Of a DNA stretch of 64,000 bases, positions 22,601 through 36,300 are shown piece after piece (positions within the stretch are counted from its first letter, which is position 1; each line of letters begins with the position of its first letter). The DNA comes from Hormiphora californensis (taxonomy: Eukaryota; Animalia; Ctenophora). The notes beneath the pieces are model-generated. The model was not told the DNA's origin. It saw only the letters and a list, made by a program, of their open reading frames with translations, and made no database searches. The DNA lies in contig CM035350.1 in NCBI GenBank assembly GCA_020137815.1, forward strand, positions 6,138,001 to 6,202,000, read 5' to 3'. The position numbers and the translations under genes are program-made.

Positions 22601-23572
22601 GATCAGACACAGGTCAACTCATGTCAACAAGGATTTCATGCCACAGAAATGCCCCTATTGTGACGTTATGGTGTCTGTCAGGTAACAATTGACAATCTAT
22701 CAGCTTTTATAATCATAATAATGATAATATACGAATATGAGAGAACTATTGAGGGTATTGAACATTTGGATACTCTCCAAATTCTTGTCTCCCATAGCTC
22801 GTTCCTCTCCAATACATGTTCTAACATCTCTCCAATACATGTTCTAATATCTCTCCGATACATGTTCTAATATCTCTCCAATACATGTTCTAACATCTCT
22901 CCAGTACATGTTCTAACATCTCTCCAGTGCATGTTCTAACATCTCTCCAATACATGTTCTAACATCTCTCCAATACATGTTCTAACATCTCTCCAATACA
23001 TGTTCTAACATCTCTCCAATACATGTTCTAACATCTCTCCAATACATGTTCTAACATCTCTGTATTTCCCCCACCAGGTACTACAAGTCCCACATATTCA
23101 CCCGTCACCTGTACAAGACTTACAAGTGCGAGGATTGTCACCAGACATTCAACGACCAGGCCCAGTTCCACAAACACTTGTGGACCCACCCGATGAAGAA
23201 GTACCGGTGTGAACAGTGCCCAATGAGCTTCAACGCTAGCTACAAACTGGAGAACCATACCAAAACACACGAGGTAAGAAGAACACGTCTTGTCCATTAT
23301 ACACTTCTTCTAAACAAAACAAGTCTCACTCTCAAAATGGAGTCACAACCTGATCTATTTCAACAGCTGTATCACCTTCTAACCTCACCCCTACCCAGGC
23401 TGAGGAGAAGACTGCCCTGAAGATGAAAGCAATAGCAGCAGCAGCGGCAGATGTGCAGCACGAAGAGGAGGTTGTGGAGGAGGAGGAGGAAGTCATTGAA
23501 ACATCAGCGGAGGAGTTTGATGAAGAGATCACCTTCCAGGATGGATCCCTCATCATCCCTGCTCACTCCTGA
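14392..23572 (+). CDS. C2H2 zinc-finger protein (6 fingers, acidic C-terminus)
   Basis: Phase-compatible exons 14392-14485, 14860-15054, 16545-16666, 16909-17052, 17721-17860, 21869-22098, 22241-22350, 22506-22681, 23078-23273, 23399-23572. Fingers include CEYCPRTF..H..H, CPECGKGFPKKYAMIRHRSTH and CEQCPMSFNASYKLENHTKTH. The 5' exons are inferred from splice phase only; the 3' part is solid. Confidence 0.75.
20457..21846. mobile_element. Young foldback non-autonomous DNA transposon, TTAA TSD, GG termini (Kolobok-like)
   Basis: TTAA|GGGTACGCTAACC...GGTTAGCGTACCC|TTAA. Arms 20457-21061 and 21242-21846 (about 605 bp) are almost identical inverted repeats, with a spacer of about 180 bp. Confidence 0.93.
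22805..23060. repeat. 23-bp minisatellite (CCAATACATGTTCTAACATCTCT)n
   Basis: About 11 tandem copies in a zinc-finger gene intron. Confidence 0.93.
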
Positions 23573-25264
23573 GCATGGGACACCATTCAATTAACTCCTA
23601 GCGGATGTGCTGCGGAAGATCACTGACAGAAAGAGAGAGAAAGAGGTAGAAAGAAGGTGTGTCCGAGAGCGTGAGATGAAGCGAAGAGGGGAAGAAGAGC
23701 GAGACAGTGACAATGTTATTCAGAAACGGAAAGAATATTTTGACGACGAAAACGTGCTAAAAAGGTTGAAGTTTTAAGAATTTTTTGATTTAAATTCTTC
23801 GACTTAAATTGTGGCACGTAATATATTTGGAAGGAGTTATATATTAGTTTGATCGATTGTGTTAATAATTAACAAATCTATAGATACAATGTGTGTATAC
23901 TGTAACGTTTAATGTATAGTATATTAAGGAAATGAATGTCCAAGTAGAGCCCGTGTGTTAGTATTATATTATTATTATGTACTGTGCTGAGAAACATGCG
24001 TTTTGCATTGGATATATCCTGTGAAGATTTCACTTTTTATGTGGGTAGTTAGGATAAGTGTAACTATACTAATACTGTTATAGCGCAATATATATTGAAA
24101 TTACCTAACTGTAAATATTTTCCATAAAAACTACTATATTTCCAAAGTTATGATATCCCGTCTTTAATCTTTGTTCAATGAAGAAGCCTAGATACAGCAG
24201 TCATGAATCTCTGCCAGACCTGTATGTTCTAACACGGGTTGAGCAAGCTGCAATGTCGGGCTAGGCATTCCCGTGCCGCATGACATCGCGCCCCTGACCC
24301 CTTATTGCGATGAGGGTGGTCAGTGGTCAGGCATCGCGCTATGAAGTTCCTGCCCATGCCCACTCTCCTCACAAGAACTGTCTTGCATTGTCAGTGCAGT
24401 GCAACAGTGCAGTGCCAGACAGCAAAAGAAGGCGTCAACACGATGCCACAAGGCACGGGCAATGGGCAATAATAATTGCCTGACAGTGCAGAGATTTGGT
24501 GATCTGCAGTGCTGAGCTGTTTAAACCGTATTGACAACTGATGTTATGTGCGACATTGAGCTGAAGTCTACACAGTTGAGGGGCCTGGTTGGGGTTCAGG
24601 GGCTCACTGATCAGTCAATCTACGTGTGTAAAGACATATGTTTTGGTTGCAGATATGTTTTAGTTGCGGTAATGTGATCACACTTTCAGTTTCATATGAA
24701 ACAAAAGAACAAAGATTGTCCGTGTGGAGCAGGGAGCTGGCTTGGGTCCCAGGCCCTGGGATGGTATTGGTAGGAATACTGACAGGAGTAGGACACTGAA
24801 CAATGGTCGGGAAGTCAGGGATTAAGGAACTGTTTGGCACCACCAGTTTTGATTCTCAGATCGGGTCGGGTCGGCACCGCCAGACAGGTCTGGGAAAGGG
24901 AGTAGGACTTTCACTTCAAGGCTAGGCAGAGACCACGTAGTGAAACTGAATCATTTATCAATTTGAACCTGTAGGCAGTGTAAGTAAGTGCAGTGTCGGT
25001 TTTGATAAAGGAGCATCTCCGGAGACCGGAATTCCGGAAAACCTCCATTCCGTGAATTTGGCTCAACCAGAATAACTTTGCGACGGAGGCAACTCAAGTT
25101 TGTCATCGCGCGCGACACTCATTTCCTTGACAACGCGTTTCTGCTGTGTTTCAAATCACACCGCTCCTGCCTGTTTTGATTTGTGTACTTTACTTTCAGA
25201 CCTTTTCTGTTTCTAATTTTACTTTTAGTGTACTAAACTTCCTCCCCGACTCTTTTAGATCGCC

Positions 25265-27120
25265 ATGGATAGTGTCAAAGTAATTGACACCCAACTGTCC
25301 AAATTGGACCACTTCTACGATGTCCAGCAGCAGATGAATGCTGCTGTCAAGAAAAGGGAAATTGTCCAAAGGAAGGCTGGCATGAAGCTTGTTCATTGCA
25401 AACTGAAGGGTCATCTTGACGTTGCAGAATCTTTCAAGCGGCTCATCAAAATCAAATCTCTCGGGACATATTACGCCGTCAAGGCCGCCCAAATGCGGCC
25501 TCTGATCCAGCAGGAAATTGTGCTGCCCTCAAAGGCCGTCCAGAGAAGAATAGAGGGAGTTGAGAGGGAGATATTCAACCTTATCTCCACAGAGAACGTG
25601 AAACCACGCGTCTCACTTGGCGACATCTCCGACGTTGACATCTATACTTGTTTGGATATCCTAAACAAGAAAAACAGCCAAGTCAAGGTTAAACTTGAAG
25701 ATGTGGCAGTAGCGATGAACAAACTTGAGGAGAAGGACAACTATACCGAGGAAGGTTTCCAAAAGAGGGACACTGAGACAAAAGCTAATCTTGAATCAGA
25801 GAGGACCGCTCTGCAGACGAAGCTGAGTGATATTGAGGCTAAGGTATCGGATGCCACCGCTAAAATGAACGAGAGCAGTCTACTGCTCAGCCAAGCGGAG
25901 GCCAAGGTGACCACTTACAGGACATTTGCTGACAAGAAGAGAGGTGAGATCCAGGCGGCTAACAAGGAATTCCTTATCACCCGGACAGAGACTGCCCAGC
26001 TCCGTCAACAGAGGAATGAGGTTCTTGCAAAGGTCCTCCTCCAGAGACGAGCACTAAAAAGGGGCGATGAGGATGTTAGTTTGAAGTCCTCGGAGAGTCT
26101 GTACTCCAGGAAGGCCGATATCGAGAAGGAACTAAGAGAGAAGTCTGAGAAGCTGAAAGAATTGAAGAAGCGGGAACAAGAGCTTGCTGCCGAGGAGAGA
26201 GCTCTAGAGATTGTGGAGCAGGCTAAGAAGGCACAATTAGAAAATGTAAGTAATCCCTGACACTTGACCACTCTAATCCTAAACCAATCAGCCGTGTTCT
26301 TTTCCTATTTCTTTTTTTTTCAGTTCTGTTACACCCATATTCATTTCAGGTGAAGAGGGCTAACGCTACACTGGACGAGAGAATAGCCGGCATCAGAGAG
26401 GTCAACACCCGAATTTCCCGTGACATTGAGGCCACCATGCACGATTTGAACAGGACCACGGACACTAAATGTGTAGTATGGAGAGACAAGGCCCTGGGAA
26501 CTATCTTTGCAGCCGGCCTCCTAGATATCAACTCGGTAAAAAGCAAGACCTTCGCCAACAAGGACAAGTACAAGTTTGCCAGTGAGCAGTACCAGCTGGT
26601 TGAAGCCCTAAAACCAGAGATAAACATGTTGGATGCTGGGGTGATCTACCTTCAGGACCAGATCTATGAGATCAAGGGAGATATTGAGGGTCTCAACTCG
26701 AAGACCATTTCAATTGCAAAGCAACGAGAGCTAAAACACAAGGACTTCCAGAACACAGAGGGTCTGGTTACCAGGACCCAGGGCAAGTTAAAGAGGCTGG
26801 AACAAATTCTAAAGTCTACCGAGAAGACCACAGAAAACCAACTGGAGCGACTCACGGAGGTGCTACCTCAGACCAACATGCTCCAAACTATGGATGTGGG
26901 ACGGAAACATGAGGTCCTGGGGCCCATTCTGTCGAAGGTTGAGGGAGTGAGCAATGTAGATGACGTCGTCACACAGTACGGTACCATGAAGAGTGACATT
27001 TATACGGGGTCAGGGAAACATAGCAAGGCCACGGGATATGAGTACCTCAAACGGGACATTAAATACCAGGCTGAGTTGAAGGAGAGGCTAAACCGTCAGT
27101 TGGCCGTCCTTCTCGAGTAA
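25265..27120 (+). CDS. Long coiled-coil protein (about 583 aa, two exons), family unassigned
   Basis: Exons 25265-26245 and 26350-27120 joined in phase 0 by a GT-AG intron. E/K/L-rich heptad composition. Confidence 0.85.
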
Positions 27121-27336
27121 ATATATTTTGTGTAATTCCTGTATTAGCAGTTCTTTTCAGTTGTGTAAAAATGTAAAATAAATAAGTTACAACAATAAAA
27201 TATCTGCCTCTAAATTTGCTTATTCCAAACTTTCACATCGAAGGTTTCTTTCTCTCTTGGTCACATCGTCTCTGGCCCTCTCGGCCTAGATCATAACTCT
27301 CGGAACTCAGCGTCTTAAAACAGCATCTCACGAAGC

Positions 27337-30300
27337 CTAAAAGATCATCATCGCCTTTTGGATGGCAATCAAATCGTCCACAATTTGGCTGGGTGTCGTG
27401 CCGATATGTTTAGCTAACTCCCTGCGTTCAGTATGGGATAGGGTCAGGAAACTGGTGAGTAGCTGGTAATCGAGTATGTTCCTGTGAGGGTTCATTAACC
27501 AACGACCAGGCATCTTAGCGGTCCTGAAAGAAAATTGGTTATATGAGGCATAAACTCTGGCCACTGGCACGTTATTTCAGATACCTTTCTCCCAGCGCGC
27601 CGCTGGGAGAAGGTAGCTGTAGTTTATCCGCCAGTGGCGGATAAACTGGTTTAAATCACGACGACGATCCCGAGGCGGAGCCGAGGGAGAGGCGGAGGGG
27701 TTTAAACCAATAACGTGCCATTGGTCAGAGTTTATGGGTTATATACCCTGCTTTAGTTGTTTGTTTCAAGTATTACACACTAACAAGAGAGAAAACACTA
27801 ATCAAAACACACAAAGAGAACTGAGAAACAGTCAAAAACATCTCTCAATTGAGTGTATATTGTTTGGTAACAGTTACTAAGGAGAGAGAGAAAGAAATAA
27901 CAAGATATGGGGCATGCCAGACATAACACAGAGGAATTGAGATAGTGAAACAAAAGGGGAGATAAAGAGAGAGAAATTGACGGAATGTGTTGTTTCTTTC
28001 TCTCCAATGCAGTGTGTAACTCTTGCAAACAGTGTTCCCTCTGTATTTCAGTAAGAACTGATCATTTACACACACTTTGAATGTAACATAGGAGTTAATA
28101 ATAAACAGCCAGCCAGTGGGAAATAATCTGCCGCTGGACTGGCTGTATATTGAGAGCGCGCCAGTGGGACTTCTCGCCACTGGCGGGTTATTTAAGTTAG
28201 CAGGGTATATAGCTACTCCAAAAGGTACCCAGAACAATTGTAATTACAACATCTTGTCTAACACCGCTTTTCATTTTGTCCCTGATTGATTGAAGCCGGA
28301 AGGAGATATCATCCCAACAAACAATTATCATGCGGCTCATAAACAATTATCCGATACTTATCCTGTGTTGTCTAACTTTGGTACAATTTCTTGATCTGTA
28401 AAGAAATGCTGGCGAAAATGCTCGACAGTGTTACCTGGAACTTGAACTAAACAGTTGATCACTTTTGTTCTGAAGATTGCAGAACTGCATGAAACGTCTC
28501 GTTTCAATTTAAAGTTTAGTAAACTTAAATCGAAACGAGATGTTTCCCGAAGTTTTTGCAATCTTCAGAACAAAAGTGATCAACTGCAGCTCATTACATT
28601 TACCTGAACCTTTTGGGATTGAGACCGGCAACATGGGGAACTGCTGTAACCAGTTTGTTGTGTAACATGAAGAGTCGCCGGTAACGTTTCTCAGCAAGAG
28701 GAAGGAAGGACCCGATGGCACCGTCCAGTGTCCCAAACCACGTTACATGTCTCTTCTCGCTGGGGTGCAGTAAGGAGCTGAAACAGGGGGTTAGGGATTA
28801 GAGCTGAATTGTCTTGTTTAGACTTTCCAGTACGAGTTTCTGGTCCCTAACTGAGCACAAAACAGTATGACAGGTACAAGGGTTGAACCCACATGGAATC
28901 TAGATCCGAATTAACAATCAGAAGGATTGGACAAGATACATGGGGGACAAAATACAAAACACGTGATTGTTTAAACTTTAGTGCAGTGAAAATAAAATCA
29001 TCAACAGTTCTTCCAGATTGAGATAATTTCCTCTCTAATTGTTTGGATCAGGCTTCAGCTCACTCAGATACCAAATCTTGATAGAGCCATCAAATGAAGA
29101 TGTAAAGATTTGGCTTTTGTTAGCTTGGATGCAGTAAACTTCAGCCATATGTCCATGTAGTGTCCTGAGGAGGGCACCACTGGGCAGGTCCCATTCTTTA
29201 AGGAGTCCAGCGGAGTCTCCTGTCAAGAATCTGGCACCATACAACCAGATAAAATTCACATTATCAACCATGTCTACTGAGTGGGAGGGTAGCTCTCTCT
29301 TCATATCCAGAAACAATAATTTCTTCCCGGTTGTTGCGGCTATAATGAGGTCCTGGTCGAAGGTAAAATGCCGGATTTCAGCCCCACAATGGATCGTCCG
29401 GATGGGATTGTAGAACTTGGCGCACCACAATCGAATTGTGAGATCCTCTCCACTACTGAAAATGTGATCCTCATTCATGTCTCCGTGTGTTACACCCGCC
29501 TCATGTCCCCACAGCACGTTTTCGCAGGTGTAGGTGGTGGCATCACCTGCAGTCCCCTCCCGGTACACTCGGAGTGTCTTGTCGAGGGAGGCCGAGATGA
29601 GATGATGTTTGTTGAAGAAAACACACGAAACAGAGTTAGTGTGACCTTTCAGGATGGCCAGCCGCTGGAGGGATGAGATGGAGAATATTTTGACAAAGTT
29701 ATCCCAGCCAGCCGTGGACTATCTTATACCCATCGAACTGGAGGGAATTGATGGCACCATTGTGTGCCACCACCTTTTTGACGGGCCGGCCAGTTTTGGA
29801 GTCCCAAATCCGGAGAACACCAGTTAGTGCACCCTGAGATAACCCGAAGGGCGTCAACCTGGAAAGTAGGAACAGGCTTGTTTGTGCCCTAGTAGCTCCA
29901 TGACATGTTTTAGGGGGTAAATTGTGGCTAGGGCACTCATCCAATCCTTGTACCCTGTAACACTCTTGATAAAGTTGGCATGTTTCCGACTGTGACGACG
30001 GGGTCTCTCTACAACTTCCTCGTACGCGATCTCATCCTCGTGACAGACACTACCATGGACAGATGCCACTCTTTCTATCAGGTCGTCAGGGGTCATTAGG
30101 TTCTTTCCATCATCGGGTGTCTTCAGGGACCTCATCCCGGCAGCTGTAGATAATCTTGATGCCATGATAGGGATCTCTATTGGTGTCAGGGGAATGGAGG
30201 GACTATCCCCTTTATCAAGTCGGGTTACAATCCTTACTTTACGGGGTGTCGTCGAGGGTTTTCCACTTTTTTCCATTTTCTTATCCTGTGCTTCTGCTAC

Positions 30301-33300
30301 ATTGATAACAAGAGGAGAACTTGCCTGTTGGGTCTCCGGTTTCCGTAACGAGAAACGAATCATTTCCGGGACAAGACTTCTTCTTCGGGGCGTGGTATGC
30401 TTCCTGGAGACTTCTGCCATATCATTTGTAGTCTGGAGACTCTGAATAACCGATCCAAATCGCATTCTTGGTCTTGAAGTTTTCTGCTTAGCCAACTCCT
30501 TCAATTCGAAATAAATTCTCCGCCACATTGTATCGTCTGTTTTCATTTCCTCGAAATTTAGGCCCATAAAATTTGAGTTGCGAGCATGACGGCGCCATGC
30601 AGAGGACGTGTACGAGAGGGCCTTCCAGGAGCGAGAAACAAGGGCCGTCGTGCAGAGATCTCTTGGGGGTAGGTAGGAGAGGATTCTCTTGATAATGGAA
30701 TCTGGGAGGCGAATAACAAGATCGTACTCATAAATCCTCATATTAACACACGAACTAAGATAAAGGAGCTCTGCTTTTGAACAAAAGGGAAACAATCGGT
30801 GAATGAGATAGATGAATTCATACGTTTCCCAGTTGGAGTAAATCCTACTAAGGTTTTCCATTTCGGTCAGGAATATTTGTCGAAATTGGGAAGTGTCCAA
30901 TTTGGAGTTTAGAGCTTGGATGATAATAGGATTCGGTCTGAGGATGTAATCTGACATACACTTTGCTATCCAGCACTGTCTCTGTCGTGTGATTGTGGTG
31001 TAGCCGGTCATTTGGTATACGGCAACGGACATGTGATCGCTTGTTATTTGATGGCGTGGGGGCAGCAGTTGATAACCGGCTAGCCGATTTTTCCAACTCA
31101 TCCTTGATCAGCTCTGAGTAGCCTGAGTGGTAGAGTGGTTCAAAATCGGTGAGGAGAATCTCAAGGATGTTGATACTCAAAGATCGAGTATAGTGACAGA
31201 AGAAGTAGCGGCGTTGCCATGTTCGCCAGTTTTTGAAACGGTCAACGATCTCCTTGTACTCCTTCTTTTTCGAGAGATACTCGACTGAAAGTTCCTGTGA
31301 TCCCATGGCCGCTACATGATTCTATACGGTGAAAAGGTTAGAAAATGTCAACTCAAAGGAAGGCAACTCAATAAGAGGCCACCTGATTCAAGGGCAAGGG
31401 CGCAATTGTGGCTAGATAAATTGCCAACTGTAGGTATAGAGAGATGTGTTTGGAAGCATCACTATGGGCTACAACTTATAATGCAAGGTGATACCAAATG
31501 TGTTGCAGGCATATCGAATTTTGAGCAGTGTGACATGTAGCAGCAGCTGTGCCAGCAGAGAGGGAGGAGAGAGAGACGCGGTTACTATTGCTCCTTTATC
31601 AAACATTTCAAACGAACAGACCAGTAGCTGTATCTCAGTGCAGTAGACGTAGTACTATCGTAGTAAAATCTGCGGTCTTGCACTAGAAGTCGTCCGACAA
31701 GTAATCAAAATGTGCTCGTGCAAGACTTGGTGGTTTTGAAACGTTTGTAGCCAAGAATTGTCGGCTGCACTTTTGAGTGTAGCTCCACTTTCAGTTTAGT
31801 AATTCTGGGTGATATTAATACGGATCACGGGGGCACAATTTAATGGACGGGCCATAGATAAGTAGGTGAAATGTTTGAAATAAAGTCGCATGACATGTAG
31901 CATAGGACGCTGGGTACATCAACTCAAAGCAGAAGGAGGGGAGGGTAATCATATTAGAATGCTTGCTGTAATTTGTGGCTGTGATGGACTATCATGCAGG
32001 ACAGAGCACTCCAATCGAGGACATCGATCATAGCCGCGACTCCTGAGGGCTCAGATGGACAGACATCAGATATCTGGTCTATCAATATGCACAGTTTAAA
32101 ACAAACATGTACAGCACAATATATGCTTCACTTCAGGTTTATTTTCACCAAATGATGAGAGCTCTGTGCCACCAAGCCATCAGTGACGAAACGACGGACA
32201 GACGAACGGACTCACAGATCTTGATAAGCGGGAGATGTGCGCGTGAGCGCGCCATCCCTTCTACAATTTGAGTTGTAAAACTAGCGATACCTTGCTGGTG
32301 TGGTGCCCAAGATCGAACCATCGTGGATCCTGATTCCGGTTCGTATGAAAGTGTTAACATGAGCTCCAATGTTAATGTCTGACTTCCGTATGAGTTTCAT
32401 TCCGCCCTGACTGTCCACACTCTCCGGCTAAAATCAGTTTGGGTTAGTCAAAACACCATGCAAACTAGAAATTCAGAGATCACTTTGTATCTTTTCGATA
32501 TCACCAACCTGATATACATAGATGACAAGATTGCAGTTAGAATCAGACACCATAAAGCCAAGATTTGTTCCATCCACTACAAATGCTGTCCTATAAACCT
32601 CCATGGGCTCGAAATCCCGGCTAATGACGGACAAGGTCTTGCATTCCCGATCGAAGGTAAGCAAGGAAATACTTTTCGTTATGTCGGCATACAGAACAAA
32701 GTTCTTGATAACCGAAATGCTGTGAATGTAGATTTGAGTATCGATAAAGGCCACTCCGACAAGATCATTGTTAACAAAACTCCAAACATAGATCTTCTGC
32801 CCGATTGCACTAATGATATGCCCCAGAATACAGTCAACCTCCGTTACAGGACCCTTCTGCTCCTTGTCGTAAAGACACTTAAATTTGTACCCTGATAGAG
32901 GCTTCTCTGGGTCAGGTACCACCTAGAGAGATTGTTAAAATATTAGATCTTTAAATGTATATTTCTAGTGGCTGTTACAAAACTTTCTCTTGTTCAGTGA
33001 AAAGTGGTAGTACAATTAGGACGTAGGTATCCCGTATCACTATACTCTCTATCCCACATATAGAGAGAGAGAGAGGGCGGGGGCTCACGAACTAACCTCC
33101 ATAACATCGAAGATCATGATTTTACCCCGGGCCGATACCTCCTCTCCCATACTGCTCATAGTGGCAATGACCACGTATCCCTTGGTTTGTTCACCCATCT
33201 GCTCCCCTGATAGGTTCATGTACTTCATTGAAGTGATCCGTTCATACTTTGGGAGGTCTATCCGGGTATCTGGGATAATATCCCACCCATCTCGAGTATA

Positions 33301-36300
33301 CAGACAGATGGAATACCTGAGGAGGGGTAATAATTAGCCGGGATGATGTAGTTGCCCGGGTAGTGTCATCTTACCAGAGGGATAAGGAATGTGGTAATCT
33401 TACCAGTTTAGAGAGGGATAAGGAAAGTTATCGTCCTCCTCTATATTCATTTCCTCCTTATCCAAGTTATTTTGCATAGCTGGCCGCATTGGATTGAGGG
33501 AGGGAGCACTCGTACATACAGCGTACCTTTAACAAGGATCGATTCTTTAGACAATTTAGACACAATTTCGTGCATAATTTAATTGACCATTAAAATGGCC
33601 TGATTGCTCTTTGATTATCCTAACAGCTCTTATTCTCTTACTAGCTTAGAGCTAAGAGATGTAGAGATGGATAGATGGAGGGAGAGAGCAAGGGAGAGAA
33701 ATAGAGAGACAGAAAGATTGTTCTGCCTAGGATATGAACCATTATGTATAACACTCCATAATAATCTCTCTGCCTTTCCTAATGCCTCTCAATCTCTCTC
33801 TCTCTCTCTCGTCTTATTCTCTTTCTCTCATTTTTTCTAGCAACACTAACATAACTTGCTAACAAAGCTTTCTCTCTGTCTACCTAGAATTGTCTGTCTC
33901 TGTATTTTGGCTGTGCTTTTCTTGTCTCCGCCCATTTTGTATTTGCAGAACAGTAATGTGAAAGCCTGACATGACAGAACTATCCAATGCTGTTTCCAAT
34001 TAGATTACCAGTTACCACACCCGAAAATGTTGCTGTTTTTCTCAGGAAAGTTTAGACATTCTGCGGTACCTACCATTTCAGCCAAAATCGGTCAGCAAGT
34101 AGAACAATTTGTTTTTCCTTTTTTATATCTTGCTTTTGCTCCGTTTTTGCAACCTGATGCCCTCCCTAATTTTATATCCTGTTTTGTGTGTCTTTGTATT
34201 GTGCATCCTGAATTTTGCATTTTGGACAAAATAAAATGCCTGTATGTATTTTTATCATAATATTTTGGCCCTGTCTTCACCATTGGTTTTGTAGTTTGTA
34301 GCCACTGTCGAAGTAGTAATGATTGTTTATCAGCATTTGCTATCATAAATAATGATCAATGGTCTCATATGAATACTATTACACTAACAGTCACAGATTT
34401 ACAGTTGCTTGGTTTCCCACACTAACTCTTTGCAGCCTTTCGACACTATTTTATTTTGCACGTGCGTTGCTACGTCTCTTCCAATGACAAAATAGCCCTT
34501 CATTACACTAGGATGTCTCGTTTTCTCGTTCTACTTCCTATCCTGCTGGGGTTGGTAGGTGCCGTGTGTAAAACCGGCCCACTTAGTGCTGAGGAACAAA
34601 CCGTTTTGGATAAGCACAACTCCTACCGATCTCTTCACACGGACACCCCAGATTTGTGCTACGGAGAGAGTGGCAGCGATGTGACCTTCACTGCCCAATC
34701 TTGGGCTAACTCCATGGCTGCTGCGAAGACCATGCAGCATAGCAGCGGGAGTTACGGAGAAAACTTGGCCTATAGAGGTACCACAGGAGCAGTTTCTGTT
34801 GAAACGACTGCGTATGACAACTCTACCACATCATGGTACAATGAGATAAGTGATTGGAACTTTAAGACAAGCACCAAGGAATCAGGCACTGTAACAGGTC
34901 ATTTTACACAGGTACGAGATATTGTATGTCCTTTGTCCCATATTTTATCTTTTCATGTAGCCAGAACTGATTGCACCGAAGTATTTGTCGGATAGTCTAA
35001 GCAAGTCAATATACATACTAACAATCAGACACCCTGTGTTGCAGGTAGTGTGGAAAAAGAGTACACAACTGAATTGTGGTTATGCTACCTTTACGAAGGG
35101 CAACTATAACAGCTACTACGTCGTGTGTCAGTACTACCCGGCTGGCAACTACGCGGGACAGTATGCGGCTAACGTGGCACCCCTTACCAATGGAAACAGC
35201 AACGGAAACAGCAATGGAAACAGTGCCGCCACTATCTGCTGCAGCATTGTAGTAGTGGTTATCACGCTAATCGTACTGTTGCTGTAATTTGACAATTAGG
35301 TGGTGTGGTGAATGTATTTTGTGTGTTTTGATTTGTTTGAAATTTCGTGATTGTAAACTTTGAGTTAATTCTTCAGACTCTATCGGAATTGTGTCAACTT
35401 CTGAAAACCACCGTCTCTCTCTCTCTCTGACAGTTCCTTTTAGTTTTACGATGCCCTGATAACTCTAGGAGATACTATTAAATGTGTAACTTGTAAAGTG
35501 TGTGAACACTGAACAATACATTACGTTTTGGAGTCATAGTGGTAGCAGACGAAGTGTGGGGTAGCCCGTAGATTGATTTTCTTTGCTGGCCAGTGGTTGT
35601 CAAAAGACATGTTGGTTGGTAGAGAACAGATCCTGAGTTCATCGGTACTACTGAAGTACAGGAAACCATTCTCACAGTTGACGTTGTTGAAGGGAGCAAA
35701 ACACGTGATCTAGAGTGAGGGTATATGAGAGGATATAAAGGGGTGGGGAAAATAAATTCATAAAGAAGGGAACTGGGAATTCTTTTCAAGATTCCAATGC
35801 AATGAGTTTCCAATTTCCCTTTTTGGGAACAATACGTGTGTACCTTCCCGTCCAGTGTCATGGGATGTGTTCTGAGGGCGCCATGGGTTGTCAGGAACAG
35901 CCAATAGGGTGTCTCCCCGCACAGGAAGAGACCAGAATACCCAGATATGTTACTAAAAGATCTGATTCGAGGAGTATAGTGGGCATGGGAATCAACCTCT
36001 ATCAGCTTGTTACTACCCCTCATTTTCTTCTTTTTTATCAGAACCTCGTGGTCGAGTTTAGAAAACCTCAATTTTAGACCCTCGGAATCTAGCGGAAGAG
36101 GGGTTAGGACGATATAAAACTCATCCACAACTCTACCGCCCCGATATAACGTTACAGTACGATCTCTTCTTAGTTCTTACCTTCAGTACAGTAAGGGAAG
36201 GCGGTATAGATGTGTAGATCTTCCTCGATGAGTATAAGAAGATGAGGTCTCTGTCTCTGCCATCCGAGACCCACCAGACATATCTCCTTCACCAGGGGGA

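Noticed and set aside
22805-23060. CRISPR-like 23-bp repeats
   Set aside because: Head-to-tail minisatellite with no spacers.
29700-29870. Programmed ribosomal frameshifting or RNA editing
   Set aside because: No slippery heptamers; single-base run extensions are better explained by sequencing error.
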